A stretch of DNA of 64,000 bases from an uncultured Desulfobacter sp. (GTDB lineage Bacteria > Desulfobacterota > Desulfobacteria > Desulfobacterales > Desulfobacteraceae): contig OY762069.1 of NCBI GenBank assembly GCA_963665095.1, forward strand, positions 768,001 through 832,000, read 5' to 3'. Made by a program: the position numbers and the translations under genes. Each line of letters begins with the position of its first letter. Within the stretch, counting starts at the first letter, position 1. Below are positions 48,992 to 58,049 of the stretch, in pieces. The notes beneath the pieces are model-generated. The model was given only the letters and a program-made list of their open reading frames with translations, was not told the origin of the DNA and did no database searches.

Positions 48992-50698
48992 ATGACCCAA
49001 CATTACACGCCCGAACAGCTTGCCAAAACCATGGACCTTGAGCAGTTTGCGGCGCCGACGCCCATTGCATGGCTGGAAGAGAGCTGGATTCATCCGGATG
49101 AATTCTGGCCGGCGTTATGGGCGTCTCACCAGGCAGCCATGGGTGTACCAGCCAAAAGCAGCCCTTTTGCCAGGTACGATTTTTTCCATGACCTGGTGGT
49201 CCGGAACCGGGAGCGGAAAAATCCGGCAATGATCTGGTATGATCCTTTAACCAAGCCTGATGACCCCTGGCAGCAGCTTTCATTTAAGGAGCTGGAAACA
49301 AAGGCCGGCCATATTGCCGCCGCATGGAAAGGGGCAGGGGTCAAGCCTGGTCAGGTGCTGTGTATTTTAGAGCACCCGGGGGATAAATTTTTAATACACC
49401 TTGCTGCCGGCTTGAAGTTAGGTGTTGTTCTGGCGTTTGTTCATCCAGGTCCCAGAACCTGGCTGGAAAAACAGATTGAGGCCCTTGATCCTGATTTTAT
49501 CTGTACTCAAGAGATCTATCTGTCCGAAGTTCAGCAATGGCAGGACAGGGTACTTGAACGATCCGGGCCAGGCATAGAAGACCATGTAAATTCCTACTCC
49601 TATTCGCGTGGAGAACCCGTGGCACTGATCTTTGACGCCATGTCCGAAGCACCGTTTGAACCCAGGCCTGTCAGTTCGGACCTGCTGTTTATGTGTGCGG
49701 TTCGTGACGGGTTCATGGGGTTGCGGCTCTTGGCCGGGGATATATTTACGGCCCCGGGATTTGAGACATGCCTGACCCAGCCCTGCTTTCTGCTGGCAGC
49801 CCTGGCCAACGGGAGTACCTATCTGCATCTGGATATGGCAGCCGTTGAAAATGATCCGTTGCTGCTCACCCGCTATCCTTTAAAAGTATTGGGAATCTGC
49901 CGGCAACTGCGTAATGTCCTTATGCAAAATCCCGTGGGCAAGGTGAAAATCTGGGATTCCTGGTTCCGGGACCCTGCCCAGGCTTCGGATATGGATGTAT
50001 GGGATCATTTTATCAAGAAACTGGCGCTGGAGGATGTACCTGCCGGTACCATGGTGTGGAATGCGGCTTTGGGCGGCTGTATCCTTTTTTCAAGACGGCG
50101 CAAGGGCCAGGCCCTGCAGAATGTGCTGCCCTGTGCCGGAAGATGCTGGCACAAAGCCATGCCGGCAAAGGCAGAGATTCCTGCGCTGGACGGTTTCGGC
50201 CTGTTATCTGTGGCAGCAACGCTGGATAACTTGGCAGAGGAATACTGTGCCAGTCCCTGTTTTCTGGCTGCCACCTATCTGGAGGATATTTTTCTGAAGC
50301 TGGATTTGCCGTCACGATATGGCTCTTTTTATCCGGGAGAGGTGGTTGAGGGGGTTGTGAAAAAAATTCCCGGATGCCGGGATTCGGTCATTGCAGAAGT
50401 GCCTGTGACCGGGAAGGGGGTGTTTTCAGAATTTCACCTGCTGGTTTTTTCAGCAAGGTTCCGGCCGGAAGACCTGGCAAAGACTGCTGAAAATTTAAGA
50501 CAGGCCATTGGGTTAGAGATAGGGAAAAAGTTTTTGCCTGACCAGATTAAATTTTTTCCCCTGGTGCCCCGCAGAGATGAGAACAATGAAGTTGACCGGG
50601 TGTGGTCTGTTGAACAGTATCTGTACGGCGGGCTTGAGCAGAAATCAAAGGATGCTGTTTTTCTGGGAATATCCAGATTAAGAGCGTTAATAACTTAA
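48992..50698 (+). CDS. Degenerate AMP-binding (acyl-CoA synthetase/ANL) fold protein
   Basis: LSFKELE..IAAAWKGAGVKPGQVL and PDQIKFFPLVPR are ANL-like, but the P-loop and catalytic Lys motifs are absent. Confidence 0.7.
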   Translation: MTQHYTPEQLAKTMDLEQFAAPTPIAWLEESWIHPDEFWPALWASHQAAMGVPAKSSPFARYDFFHDLVVRNRERKNPAMIWYDPLTKPDDPWQQLSFKELETKAGHIAAAWKGAGVKPGQVLCILEHPGDKFLIHLAAGLKLGVVLAFVHPGPRTWLEKQIEALDPDFICTQEIYLSEVQQWQDRVLERSGPGIEDHVNSYSYSRGEPVALIFDAMSEAPFEPRPVSSDLLFMCAVRDGFMGLRLLAGDIFTAPGFETCLTQPCFLLAALANGSTYLHLDMAAVENDPLLLTRYPLKVLGICRQLRNVLMQNPVGKVKIWDSWFRDPAQASDMDVWDHFIKKLALEDVPAGTMVWNAALGGCILFSRRRKGQALQNVLPCAGRCWHKAMPAKAEIPALDGFGLLSVAATLDNLAEEYCASPCFLAATYLEDIFLKLDLPSRYGSFYPGEVVEGVVKKIPGCRDSVIAEVPVTGKGVFSEFHLLVFSARFRPEDLAKTAENLRQAIGLEIGKKFLPDQIKFFPLVPRRDENNEVDRVWSVEQYLYGGLEQKSKDAVFLGISRLRALIT

Positions 50699-50738
50699 GA
50701 AAATGGACATGTTATAAACATAACTCAAAGGAGGTAGT

Positions 50739-51266
50739 ATGGCGATTCAGGATGAAATACCAAAATCCAGGTTAACCTTAAGGTACAAAACAGAGGTGAA
50801 CGGCCAGCCCGAAGACTTGACCCTGCCCATGCGGTTTCTGGTTACAGGTGATTTCTCCCAGGGCTCTTCCAAAGACCGCAAGGTGGATCTCGATGAGAGA
50901 AGTACCCGTAACATGAATGGGAAAAACACCGATGCCATAATGAAAGATATGGGAATTCGCCTTAATTACGCGGTTTCCAATAAAATCAATCCGGACCAGG
51001 AGGAGGATCTCCAGGTGGATCTGCCCTTTACCGGCATGAGATCTTTTTCTCCGGATGAGGTGGCCAAGAATGTGCCCAAAATCAAGGGACTGCTCAAGCT
51101 CAAGGAGCTTTTGGAAGAGGTGGTGTCCAATGTGGACAACCGCAAAGGGTATCGCAAACTGCTTGGTGAACTGATGGCGGATGAAGAGGCCTTGAAAAAG
51201 ATGATGGAAGAGCTCAAAGAGTTTGAGAGCTTTAAACTGCCTTCTGCAGGCGCAAAAACTGAATAA
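50739..51266 (+). CDS. tssB: Contractile sheath small subunit TssB (IglA-like)
   Basis: IPKSRLTLRY, LPMRFLVTGDFS and SFSPDEVAKNVP motifs; GGAGG RBS. Confidence 0.92.
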   Translation: MAIQDEIPKSRLTLRYKTEVNGQPEDLTLPMRFLVTGDFSQGSSKDRKVDLDERSTRNMNGKNTDAIMKDMGIRLNYAVSNKINPDQEEDLQVDLPFTGMRSFSPDEVAKNVPKIKGLLKLKELLEEVVSNVDNRKGYRKLLGELMADEEALKKMMEELKEFESFKLPSAGAKTE

Positions 51267-51292
51267 CGGATAAACAATTAAGGAGAAATAAT

Positions 51293-52789
51293 ATGGCTGA
51301 TACAGATCAGACAACCGAAACCCAGGAAGCCATAGATCTGAAACGGTTTCTGTCCAGCATGCGCCTCAATACGGAGGTGGCTGATCCTACCCCCATGATT
51401 ACAGACAACCTTGAAACTATTATTGAGGATGTCAGTGAGGAAAACCGGTTTATCTCCGGGATGGCGGCATTCCTGTTCAATGTGGACACCTCTTCCGGAC
51501 GTTTGGACAAGGGGGCTATTTTTGAAGTCATTGCCCGCATTGACACCATGGTCAATGACCAGGTCAATGAGATCATTCAGAACGACCAGTTCAAGGCCCT
51601 GGAGTCCAACTGGCGCTCTTTGAACGATCTGATCCTCAACACCAACTTCAAGGCCGATGTCATGATCGATATTCTGGACGTGACCAAGGAGGAGCTGTTT
51701 GAGGATTTTGAAAGCAATGCCGTGGACATCACCGGCAGCGCCCTGTTTCAAAAGGTTTACATTGCAGAGTATGACCAGTACGGTGGAAAACCCATGGGCT
51801 CCATTCTCGGGCTGTATGAATTTGAACATACCCCGGATGATGAGTTCTGGCTTAGAATCATGGGCAAAGTTGCCGCAGCAAGCCATGCGCCTTTTGTGGG
51901 ATCGGTCTCCCCGAAATTTTTCGGCTGCGATTCCGTAAAGGAACTGGACGCGATCAAGGATCTTGAAGGTCTGATGAACCATCCAAAATACGGCTCCTGG
52001 AATAAGCTTCGGGAATCCGAAGAGGCGGCTTATATCGGGTTGACGCTTCCCCGGTATATTGCCCGGCTCCCCTATGATCCGGAAAGCAACCCCTGCCGGG
52101 AAATTAATTTCACTGAAAAGGTGACCGGAGATAACGACAAAGATTACCTGTGGGGCAGCGCAGCTGTCCTGTTTGCCCAGAACATGGTCAGGTCCTTTGA
52201 AACCTCGGGCTGGTGCCAGTATCTCAGAGGCCCCAAAGGCGGCGGCCTGGTCAGCGGGCTGCCGGTTCACATGTTTAACATCCGGGGTGAAGACGAGATG
52301 AAGGTACCTGTGGAGATGGTGATCCCGGATTACAGGGAACTGGAGTTTGCCAACAGCGGATTTATTCCTTTGATTTACCGCAAGGGCACCGCTGATGCCT
52401 GCTTTTTTTCCTGCCAGTCCATAAAGAAACCCAAAAAGTTCAAAGATCCCAAGGACAGTGAGAATTCCCAGCTGGTTACCAACCTGTCCTACACCTTTTC
52501 CATCACAAGAATTGCCCATTATCTCAAATGCATCATGCGTGATAACATCGGCAGCTCTGCAGATGCGGCATACATTAAAAACAGCATTGAAAACTGGATT
52601 TCAAAGTATGTCACCACCGTGGTAAATCCTGATGATCTGACCCTGAAATACTATCCGTTCAAGGCATACTCCGTAAATGTTGAGGAACGCGAAGGCATGA
52701 TCGGCTGGTATGACTGCTCGGTTGGTATTCTGCCCCATATCCAGTTTGAAGGCATGGACGTGGAGCTGCGACTGGATGCCAGATTGTAA
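51293..52789 (+). CDS. tssC: Contractile sheath large subunit TssC (IglB-like)
   Basis: LESNWRSL, EYDQYGGKP, AASHAPF, RLPY, RIAHYLK and PHIQFEG motifs. Confidence 0.95.
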   Translation: MADTDQTTETQEAIDLKRFLSSMRLNTEVADPTPMITDNLETIIEDVSEENRFISGMAAFLFNVDTSSGRLDKGAIFEVIARIDTMVNDQVNEIIQNDQFKALESNWRSLNDLILNTNFKADVMIDILDVTKEELFEDFESNAVDITGSALFQKVYIAEYDQYGGKPMGSILGLYEFEHTPDDEFWLRIMGKVAAASHAPFVGSVSPKFFGCDSVKELDAIKDLEGLMNHPKYGSWNKLRESEEAAYIGLTLPRYIARLPYDPESNPCREINFTEKVTGDNDKDYLWGSAAVLFAQNMVRSFETSGWCQYLRGPKGGGLVSGLPVHMFNIRGEDEMKVPVEMVIPDYRELEFANSGFIPLIYRKGTADACFFSCQSIKKPKKFKDPKDSENSQLVTNLSYTFSITRIAHYLKCIMRDNIGSSADAAYIKNSIENWISKYVTTVVNPDDLTLKYYPFKAYSVNVEEREGMIGWYDCSVGILPHIQFEGMDVELRLDARL

Positions 52790-52911
52790 CAGGCAATTAA
52801 TAAAAATACCGGGGCGATATCATTCGTCTCGCACCGTTTTCAAACTTAGCACAATGTTCCGGATAAACTTTTGGATTTTAAACAAAATATGCTTTTAAAA
52901 AGGAGAGAATC

Positions 52912-53484
52912 ATGGCAGATTTGAGTTTTAGTTGCAGTATTGACCAGGGATTTAACTTTCATCCCGATGCCCAGGATTACGTAGGACATCTGACCACCCT
53001 TAAAATCGGAGGGGTAGAAATTAAGGCCAACCTTGAGGTGACCAATCCCGCAGAGAGCACCGGGGATAATGTGCCTGTGGTCGGCGTGCTCAGCGACATT
53101 TTCTGGGGCGGTGGATTTGCAGAGGGTATTAATTTCAGCGCCCAGGTAAATGTGAACAATAAAACCGAACTTGCAAAACTTCAGCATTCTGATTTGAGCA
53201 ACACCGAAGTGACGTTCTCATTTAACGTTTATGCCTATGATCAGGCCGCCAAAAAGTTTTACCTGGCATTCCATTCCAACGAGACGGACCTTGAAGGGCT
53301 GGTGGAAAAACACGGTTCGGAGCTTAATTTTAATATAGAGATGGATCCATCGCCTGAAGTTGCCAACCCGCTTAACTTTACGCTGACGCTTGGGGTTATG
53401 CCCAAGGAACTTGCCCAGGAGGTTCATGTGGCGGTTTCTGATACGGATAAGTTTGTCAAACAATGGGGTGTTACCGTATCATAA
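52912..53484 (+). CDS. Putative tube protein, non-canonical Hcp (IglC-like)
   Basis: 190-aa beta-rich protein with strong AGGAG RBS between tssC and tssK; no classical Hcp motif; no other tube candidate in the cluster. Confidence 0.65.
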   Translation: MADLSFSCSIDQGFNFHPDAQDYVGHLTTLKIGGVEIKANLEVTNPAESTGDNVPVVGVLSDIFWGGGFAEGINFSAQVNVNNKTELAKLQHSDLSNTEVTFSFNVYAYDQAAKKFYLAFHSNETDLEGLVEKHGSELNFNIEMDPSPEVANPLNFTLTLGVMPKELAQEVHVAVSDTDKFVKQWGVTVS

Positions 53485-53524
53485 TTTTTTATTTACCAAG
53501 AAAACCGCAGAAGGGAATTGATTT

Positions 53525-54766
53525 ATGACAGATAATCTTGCTCGGGTAAAATGGGAAATGGGGCAAACCCTTCTGCCTGTTCACTTCAGGGCCCAGGAAG
53601 ACGCCCTGCTTGCGGAATCCGTATTGCGGTTCCGGATGCAGGGCCTTCCGGCCTATGGTGTGGCTGAGCTGGTATGGAGTCCCACCCTGATTAAGGACGG
53701 GGTGGTTTCCGTCCAGTCTCTGACGGCTGTTTTTCCCTCGGGGTTGATGGCTCAGGTGCCGGGAAATGCCAAAGTCTCCCCTTTCAACCTCAATGTGCCG
53801 GGTGATGTAACCGTTGGGCTCTACTGCCATCTGATGGTGGACAAAGGCCAGGAAGAGAATGTGGATGAAACCTGGGACACCGGGGAGGAAAAGGATGTTA
53901 CCAGACACCATTACACCTTGGCTTTAACCTCGGAGCAAAGCACGTCAGGGGCACTTGAGACGCTGAAACTGGCCCAGTTCAAAAAAATGCCGGACAATAC
54001 CTGGCAGCTTTCCAAAGAGTATATCCCCCCGCTGCTTCAGGTGGGACTTTCTCCGTTTTTGCAGGATGCTTTGGAGGCGCTCAGCCAGGCCCTGGAACTG
54101 TTTCATTACAATCTGGCCCTGGATGCATCCGGATTCCTGTCCGGAGAAAGCCTTCAAAATGTTAAACAATGTATGAAAAGCAGCCTGAAAATGCAGCGGA
54201 CCATTGCCAATATCAATGGGCAGATTCACTGTCATCCCTATTTTCTTTATGAAATTCTGGCTGAGTTTTATACCGAGGTGAGCTATTACCGGAAAGTGGT
54301 GCCGGAAAATGTCACAGAACCCTACCGGCATGAACAGCTGGCAGCCTGTTTTGACCGGTTGCTTACGCCGTTGATGAAACAAATGCAGATGATGGAGGAA
54401 AAATCTCCCTATCTTGCGTTTGAATTCAAAGACGGGGTGTTCCGTCTGGATCTGCCTTCGGAAATCCGGGAAGCCAGGGATGTCTATTTTCTGGCCCAGA
54501 AAGGTCATGTTACAGACAAGGTGGACGTGTCCGGCATCAAGCTTGGCAGTTTTGCCCGCATCGGGTTAATCCACAAAATGGCCCTGCCGGGGGTGCCGTT
54601 GAAAAAAACGGAAAAACCGCCTTTTCAGCACTCATTTGGTTCCGAGGTGGATTTTTTCAGGGTTGTGGAGGGTGAGGAGTGGGACCAGGCACTGAAGGCG
54701 CTCTCCCTGGCCTTTTACCACCAGGATATGTATACCGGGATTGAGTTCTTCCTGTACTGGAGATAA
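53525..54766 (+). CDS. tssK: Baseplate TssK (IglD-like)
   Basis: RVKWEMGQTLLPVHF, YGV..L, YIPPLL, HPY and ALPGVPL motifs. Confidence 0.85.
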   Translation: MTDNLARVKWEMGQTLLPVHFRAQEDALLAESVLRFRMQGLPAYGVAELVWSPTLIKDGVVSVQSLTAVFPSGLMAQVPGNAKVSPFNLNVPGDVTVGLYCHLMVDKGQEENVDETWDTGEEKDVTRHHYTLALTSEQSTSGALETLKLAQFKKMPDNTWQLSKEYIPPLLQVGLSPFLQDALEALSQALELFHYNLALDASGFLSGESLQNVKQCMKSSLKMQRTIANINGQIHCHPYFLYEILAEFYTEVSYYRKVVPENVTEPYRHEQLAACFDRLLTPLMKQMQMMEEKSPYLAFEFKDGVFRLDLPSEIREARDVYFLAQKGHVTDKVDVSGIKLGSFARIGLIHKMALPGVPLKKTEKPPFQHSFGSEVDFFRVVEGEEWDQALKALSLAFYHQDMYTGIEFFLYWR

Positions 54767-54777
54767 GTCGTTCATCC

Positions 54778-55155
54778 ATGGCATTGTTTAAAAAATTTAT
54801 GATCAAAGAGGACCCTACCTGGGACGGGAGCAGAGATATTGTGGATAATTTGAACAATATCCTGAACACCAAAAAAGGGTACGGATCCATCCTTGACGAT
54901 TATGGCATCAGGGATTTGAACGAGTTCAGGGACAAGGAGGGTATCACTGATGTCATCGTGGAGGAAGTGATCCGGTGCGTTGCCAAATATGAGCCCCGGG
55001 TTAAAATTATCCAGGTGGACAAAGAGAAAGGCAGCGGACTCTTTCAGCTTTCATTCAATATTCAGTGCATGATCAGGGAGACCCGTCAGAGCATGAATAT
55101 GGTATTTGATACCGTGGGCAGCCAATTTACGATAAAAAAAGGGAAAAACAGGTGA
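54778..55155 (+). CDS. tssE: gp25-like baseplate TssE
   Basis: NLNNILNT..DYGIRD and KYEPRV motifs. Confidence 0.85.
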   Translation: MALFKKFMIKEDPTWDGSRDIVDNLNNILNTKKGYGSILDDYGIRDLNEFRDKEGITDVIVEEVIRCVAKYEPRVKIIQVDKEKGSGLFQLSFNIQCMIRETRQSMNMVFDTVGSQFTIKKGKNR

Positions 55156-55158
55156 TAC

Positions 55159-55734
55159 ATGGGATCTCTGGTCTGCCGCATTGAACTGCATAAACAGGAC
55201 GGGATTACCGTTACCGTTGAAAACGGGGATGATGGCATTACCCAGACCATCGTCATGGACGGGCAGACCATCACCACTACCTGCAAAGGGTCTGACGACA
55301 CCAGTACCATTACCCAGGCCCCGGACAGCATTACCATCAAATGCAAGGACTTCAAGGTTGATGCAGACACCATCACCTGCGAGTCTTCTGCGGAAACCAC
55401 GCATAAAAGCGGCAAGGACTATACCGTGGAAAGTTCTGCGACAATGGATTTGTCCGCCTCAAAGACCTTGGATGCCACTGCTTCCTCAGCCATGACACTG
55501 ACAGGCAAAAGTGTGGATGTAAAGGCATCGTCAACCGGGGACGTGGCCATTTCAGGTAAAAATGTGGCATCAACCGCCAGCATGAAAGCGTCCCTTTCCG
55601 GCAAGCAGTTTGAGGCAAGCGGCTCAATTTCAGCCAAAGTATCAGGTGGCAAGGTGGATGTTGACGGGAAAATGACCACAGTGAACGGATCCACTGCCAC
55701 TGTAATAAAGGGCACTGCTATTAAAATCGGATAA
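55159..55734 (+). CDS. Short stand-alone VgrG needle (gp5-C beta-helix), similar in architecture to Francisella VgrG
   Basis: 191 aa, Ser/Thr/Lys-rich 7-8-residue beta-strand repeats ending VIKGTAIKIG. Confidence 0.7.
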   Translation: MGSLVCRIELHKQDGITVTVENGDDGITQTIVMDGQTITTTCKGSDDTSTITQAPDSITIKCKDFKVDADTITCESSAETTHKSGKDYTVESSATMDLSASKTLDATASSAMTLTGKSVDVKASSTGDVAISGKNVASTASMKASLSGKQFEASGSISAKVSGGKVDVDGKMTTVNGSTATVIKGTAIKIG

Positions 55735-55752
55735 AGGGGCACAATACCCAGC

Positions 55753-57363
55753 ATGGAAATGGATGAACAGTTATACCGGGCATTTCTTGAGCAGATGCAT
55801 GAACTTGATAATTTTCGTATGGAATACGCGTCCCGGCATCCGTCTGCCCCTCTGGACCGGGATGACCCCGATGTCAAACGCCTGGTGGAGGCCATGGCCT
55901 TTTTTTCCGCCCGGACCCACATGGCTGGTCTGGATAATATTGTAGCGTCCCGGCTCAGAATTTTTCAGCAGTTTTTCCCTTTTCTGCTCTCACCCTTGCC
56001 TGCCATGGGAATGGTTCAGGCACAGCCGACAGGCCAGTTTTCAGAAACTGCGCTGCTACCCAGAGAGACCCGGTTCCTGGTCTCTTCGCCCAAAGGTGAC
56101 GGGTGGGTCTGCCGTACCATGAAAGATCTTAGAATCCTTCCTGTTTTTTTAACGGAGACAAAACTTCTGATGCGCCCCAATAAGGGGTACCGCATGATAA
56201 TGGCCTTTGAATCCGGATATGAAAGGGCAGACACCATAGGGAAGATAGCGGTTTACCTGGATCATTTAAACAGTTACCAGGCCTCTTTAATGTTGTTTGA
56301 TGCCTTGAAAACCAACTTGGTCCGCGCTTCTGTGGTATTTGATAAAAAAACGGATGAGCAGATTATCGGCATGCCCTGTGAGGTATCGTTCGGCACCTTG
56401 CCGGATGAAGAGGCCCTTGATCAAAGAAAGATGCATCCGCTTCAGCAGGCAAGAACTTTTTTTCATTTTCCCTGGCAGGAACTGGTCATGACCATTGATG
56501 TGCCCCAGACAAACCTGGCCTGGAAAAAATTTTATGTTTGTCTGGATCTGTCTGATAAATGGCCGCGTAAACTGCCTGTTAATAAAGATGTATTCCGGCT
56601 GCACACAGTGCCTGTGGAAAATATAAGCCGGGAATCCACAACACCGATTGTATATGAAGGCACAAAAGAGCGGTTTCTGATCCGCCATCCTGATCCGACA
56701 CTGGGGTTTGAGCTTCAGACTATTCTTGGGGTATATAAAATCAGGGATGGGGGTATGGTGCCGGTTAAGCCGGGTATTTTGTCCGGGGGTGAGGGCACAT
56801 ATGAGATTTCACAGAAAACAGATTCGGTCAAAGGCAGCCGTTACTGGCTGTGCATGCACGACCCTTCTGCGTTTGTTGAACCGGTTACAGTGGTCCTTGA
56901 CGGATTGTGGCACCAGCCTGACTTTTCTCGGAATTTTTCACAGATGCTTAAAACACGGCCATACAGCCGGACCATTGCAGGCGTGAATTGGGATTTGTGC
57001 GAAAATATGGTCAGATCCCTGCAAAACCGGTTTCAGGAAAATATGGATGAATATATTCACCTGCTTACCATTAAAAATAAATCTGCCTTGAATTTTGATG
57101 ATATCTGTGCCCTTATTCAAATGCTGGGCACCGTGTGGCAGGGAGATTATAAACCGGTAAAAGACCTGTTTTACGCAGTGAGGGTGGAGCAGGCTCCGAG
57201 AGCCGGCGGTTTGCTTAAACAGATTTACCATCTTCGGTTCAGACATTGTGAACCCGTCACCCTTCCGCTGGTCAGCACGTTTACCCAAAAGCTTGGACGG
57301 ATTCTGGATGTGTGGATTTCAGAAGTGGTTGTTGAAACCCGTATGGAGATGGATAGGGCATAA
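55753..57363 (+). CDS. tssF: Baseplate TssF (IglH-like)
   Basis: DDPDVKRLVEAMAFFSAR, PLPAMGMVQ, FFHFP and LHTVPVEN motifs. Confidence 0.85.
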   Translation: MEMDEQLYRAFLEQMHELDNFRMEYASRHPSAPLDRDDPDVKRLVEAMAFFSARTHMAGLDNIVASRLRIFQQFFPFLLSPLPAMGMVQAQPTGQFSETALLPRETRFLVSSPKGDGWVCRTMKDLRILPVFLTETKLLMRPNKGYRMIMAFESGYERADTIGKIAVYLDHLNSYQASLMLFDALKTNLVRASVVFDKKTDEQIIGMPCEVSFGTLPDEEALDQRKMHPLQQARTFFHFPWQELVMTIDVPQTNLAWKKFYVCLDLSDKWPRKLPVNKDVFRLHTVPVENISRESTTPIVYEGTKERFLIRHPDPTLGFELQTILGVYKIRDGGMVPVKPGILSGGEGTYEISQKTDSVKGSRYWLCMHDPSAFVEPVTVVLDGLWHQPDFSRNFSQMLKTRPYSRTIAGVNWDLCENMVRSLQNRFQENMDEYIHLLTIKNKSALNFDDICALIQMLGTVWQGDYKPVKDLFYAVRVEQAPRAGGLLKQIYHLRFRHCEPVTLPLVSTFTQKLGRILDVWISEVVVETRMEMDRA

Positions 57364-57393
57364 ACAGTGCCCCTCAGGAAATAAGGAAAAAAT

Positions 57394-58026
57394 ATGGAAC
57401 CCGAACTTTGGAAAGCCATTCAAGTCCTGTTTGCCACCATGGAGAGAGCCTTTGGCTTTAGAGAGGCAGATTGGGATTCTGACAATCCGTCTGATATCCA
57501 GATAGACCCGGAAAACCTTATCAAAGCCCGCTCCGAGATCCGGAAGGGGTTTGATGATCTCAGGATTACTTTATTGGGGAGCCTGTCCGAGCAGGAGACC
57601 TATCAGGTTCTTTTCCCTTTGGTTGTCTATGTGGATGAACTGGTTCAGGCCAGGTATTTTGGAAACAGACAGGTCTCATGGCCCCTGCTTCAAATGGAGC
57701 TTTATGAGGTGGATGACGGTGGCCGCCTGTTCTATGACACCCTGGATTCCATCCTGAAAAAACCCCAGACCTCCCAGTTTGTGTATGAAGTTCATTATTT
57801 TTGTCTGAAACACGGCTTTGAGGGAAAATATGTGGCAGACCCTGTCCGGATCAACAAATACCTGGAGCAGCTTAAGGAAAAGATTGCCATCTCTGACATG
57901 GACAGGATAGAAATTATGGCTGAAGAGACCGGGGAGATGAAATATTTTGCTTCTCCCGTATGGCTCTATGCCGGAGTGCTGATCTGTTTAATCCCGGTAT
58001 ACTGTCTGTTTAAGTTTCTGGCATGA
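57394..58026 (+). CDS. tssL: DotU/TssL
   Basis: VYVDELV, WPLLQ, GGRLFY and CLKHGFEGKY motifs; C-terminal TM. Confidence 0.88.
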   Translation: MEPELWKAIQVLFATMERAFGFREADWDSDNPSDIQIDPENLIKARSEIRKGFDDLRITLLGSLSEQETYQVLFPLVVYVDELVQARYFGNRQVSWPLLQMELYEVDDGGRLFYDTLDSILKKPQTSQFVYEVHYFCLKHGFEGKYVADPVRINKYLEQLKEKIAISDMDRIEIMAEETGEMKYFASPVWLYAGVLICLIPVYCLFKFLA

Positions 58027-58049
58027 TATTGAGTTAGAGGATTTCGTAT

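Noticed and set aside
51278..52519. 413-aa minus-strand ORF and the many similar antisense ORFs in clpB, secA, tssM and others
   Set aside because: They lie wholly opposite well-supported genes and have no recognisable motifs; shadow ORFs from codon bias
35101..58026. Prophage tail, R-pyocin or extracellular contractile injection system
   Set aside because: No capsid, terminase, tape measure, tail fibre or lysis genes; TssM-, TssJ- and DotU-like membrane components and a Clp ATPase indicate a cell-anchored T6SS
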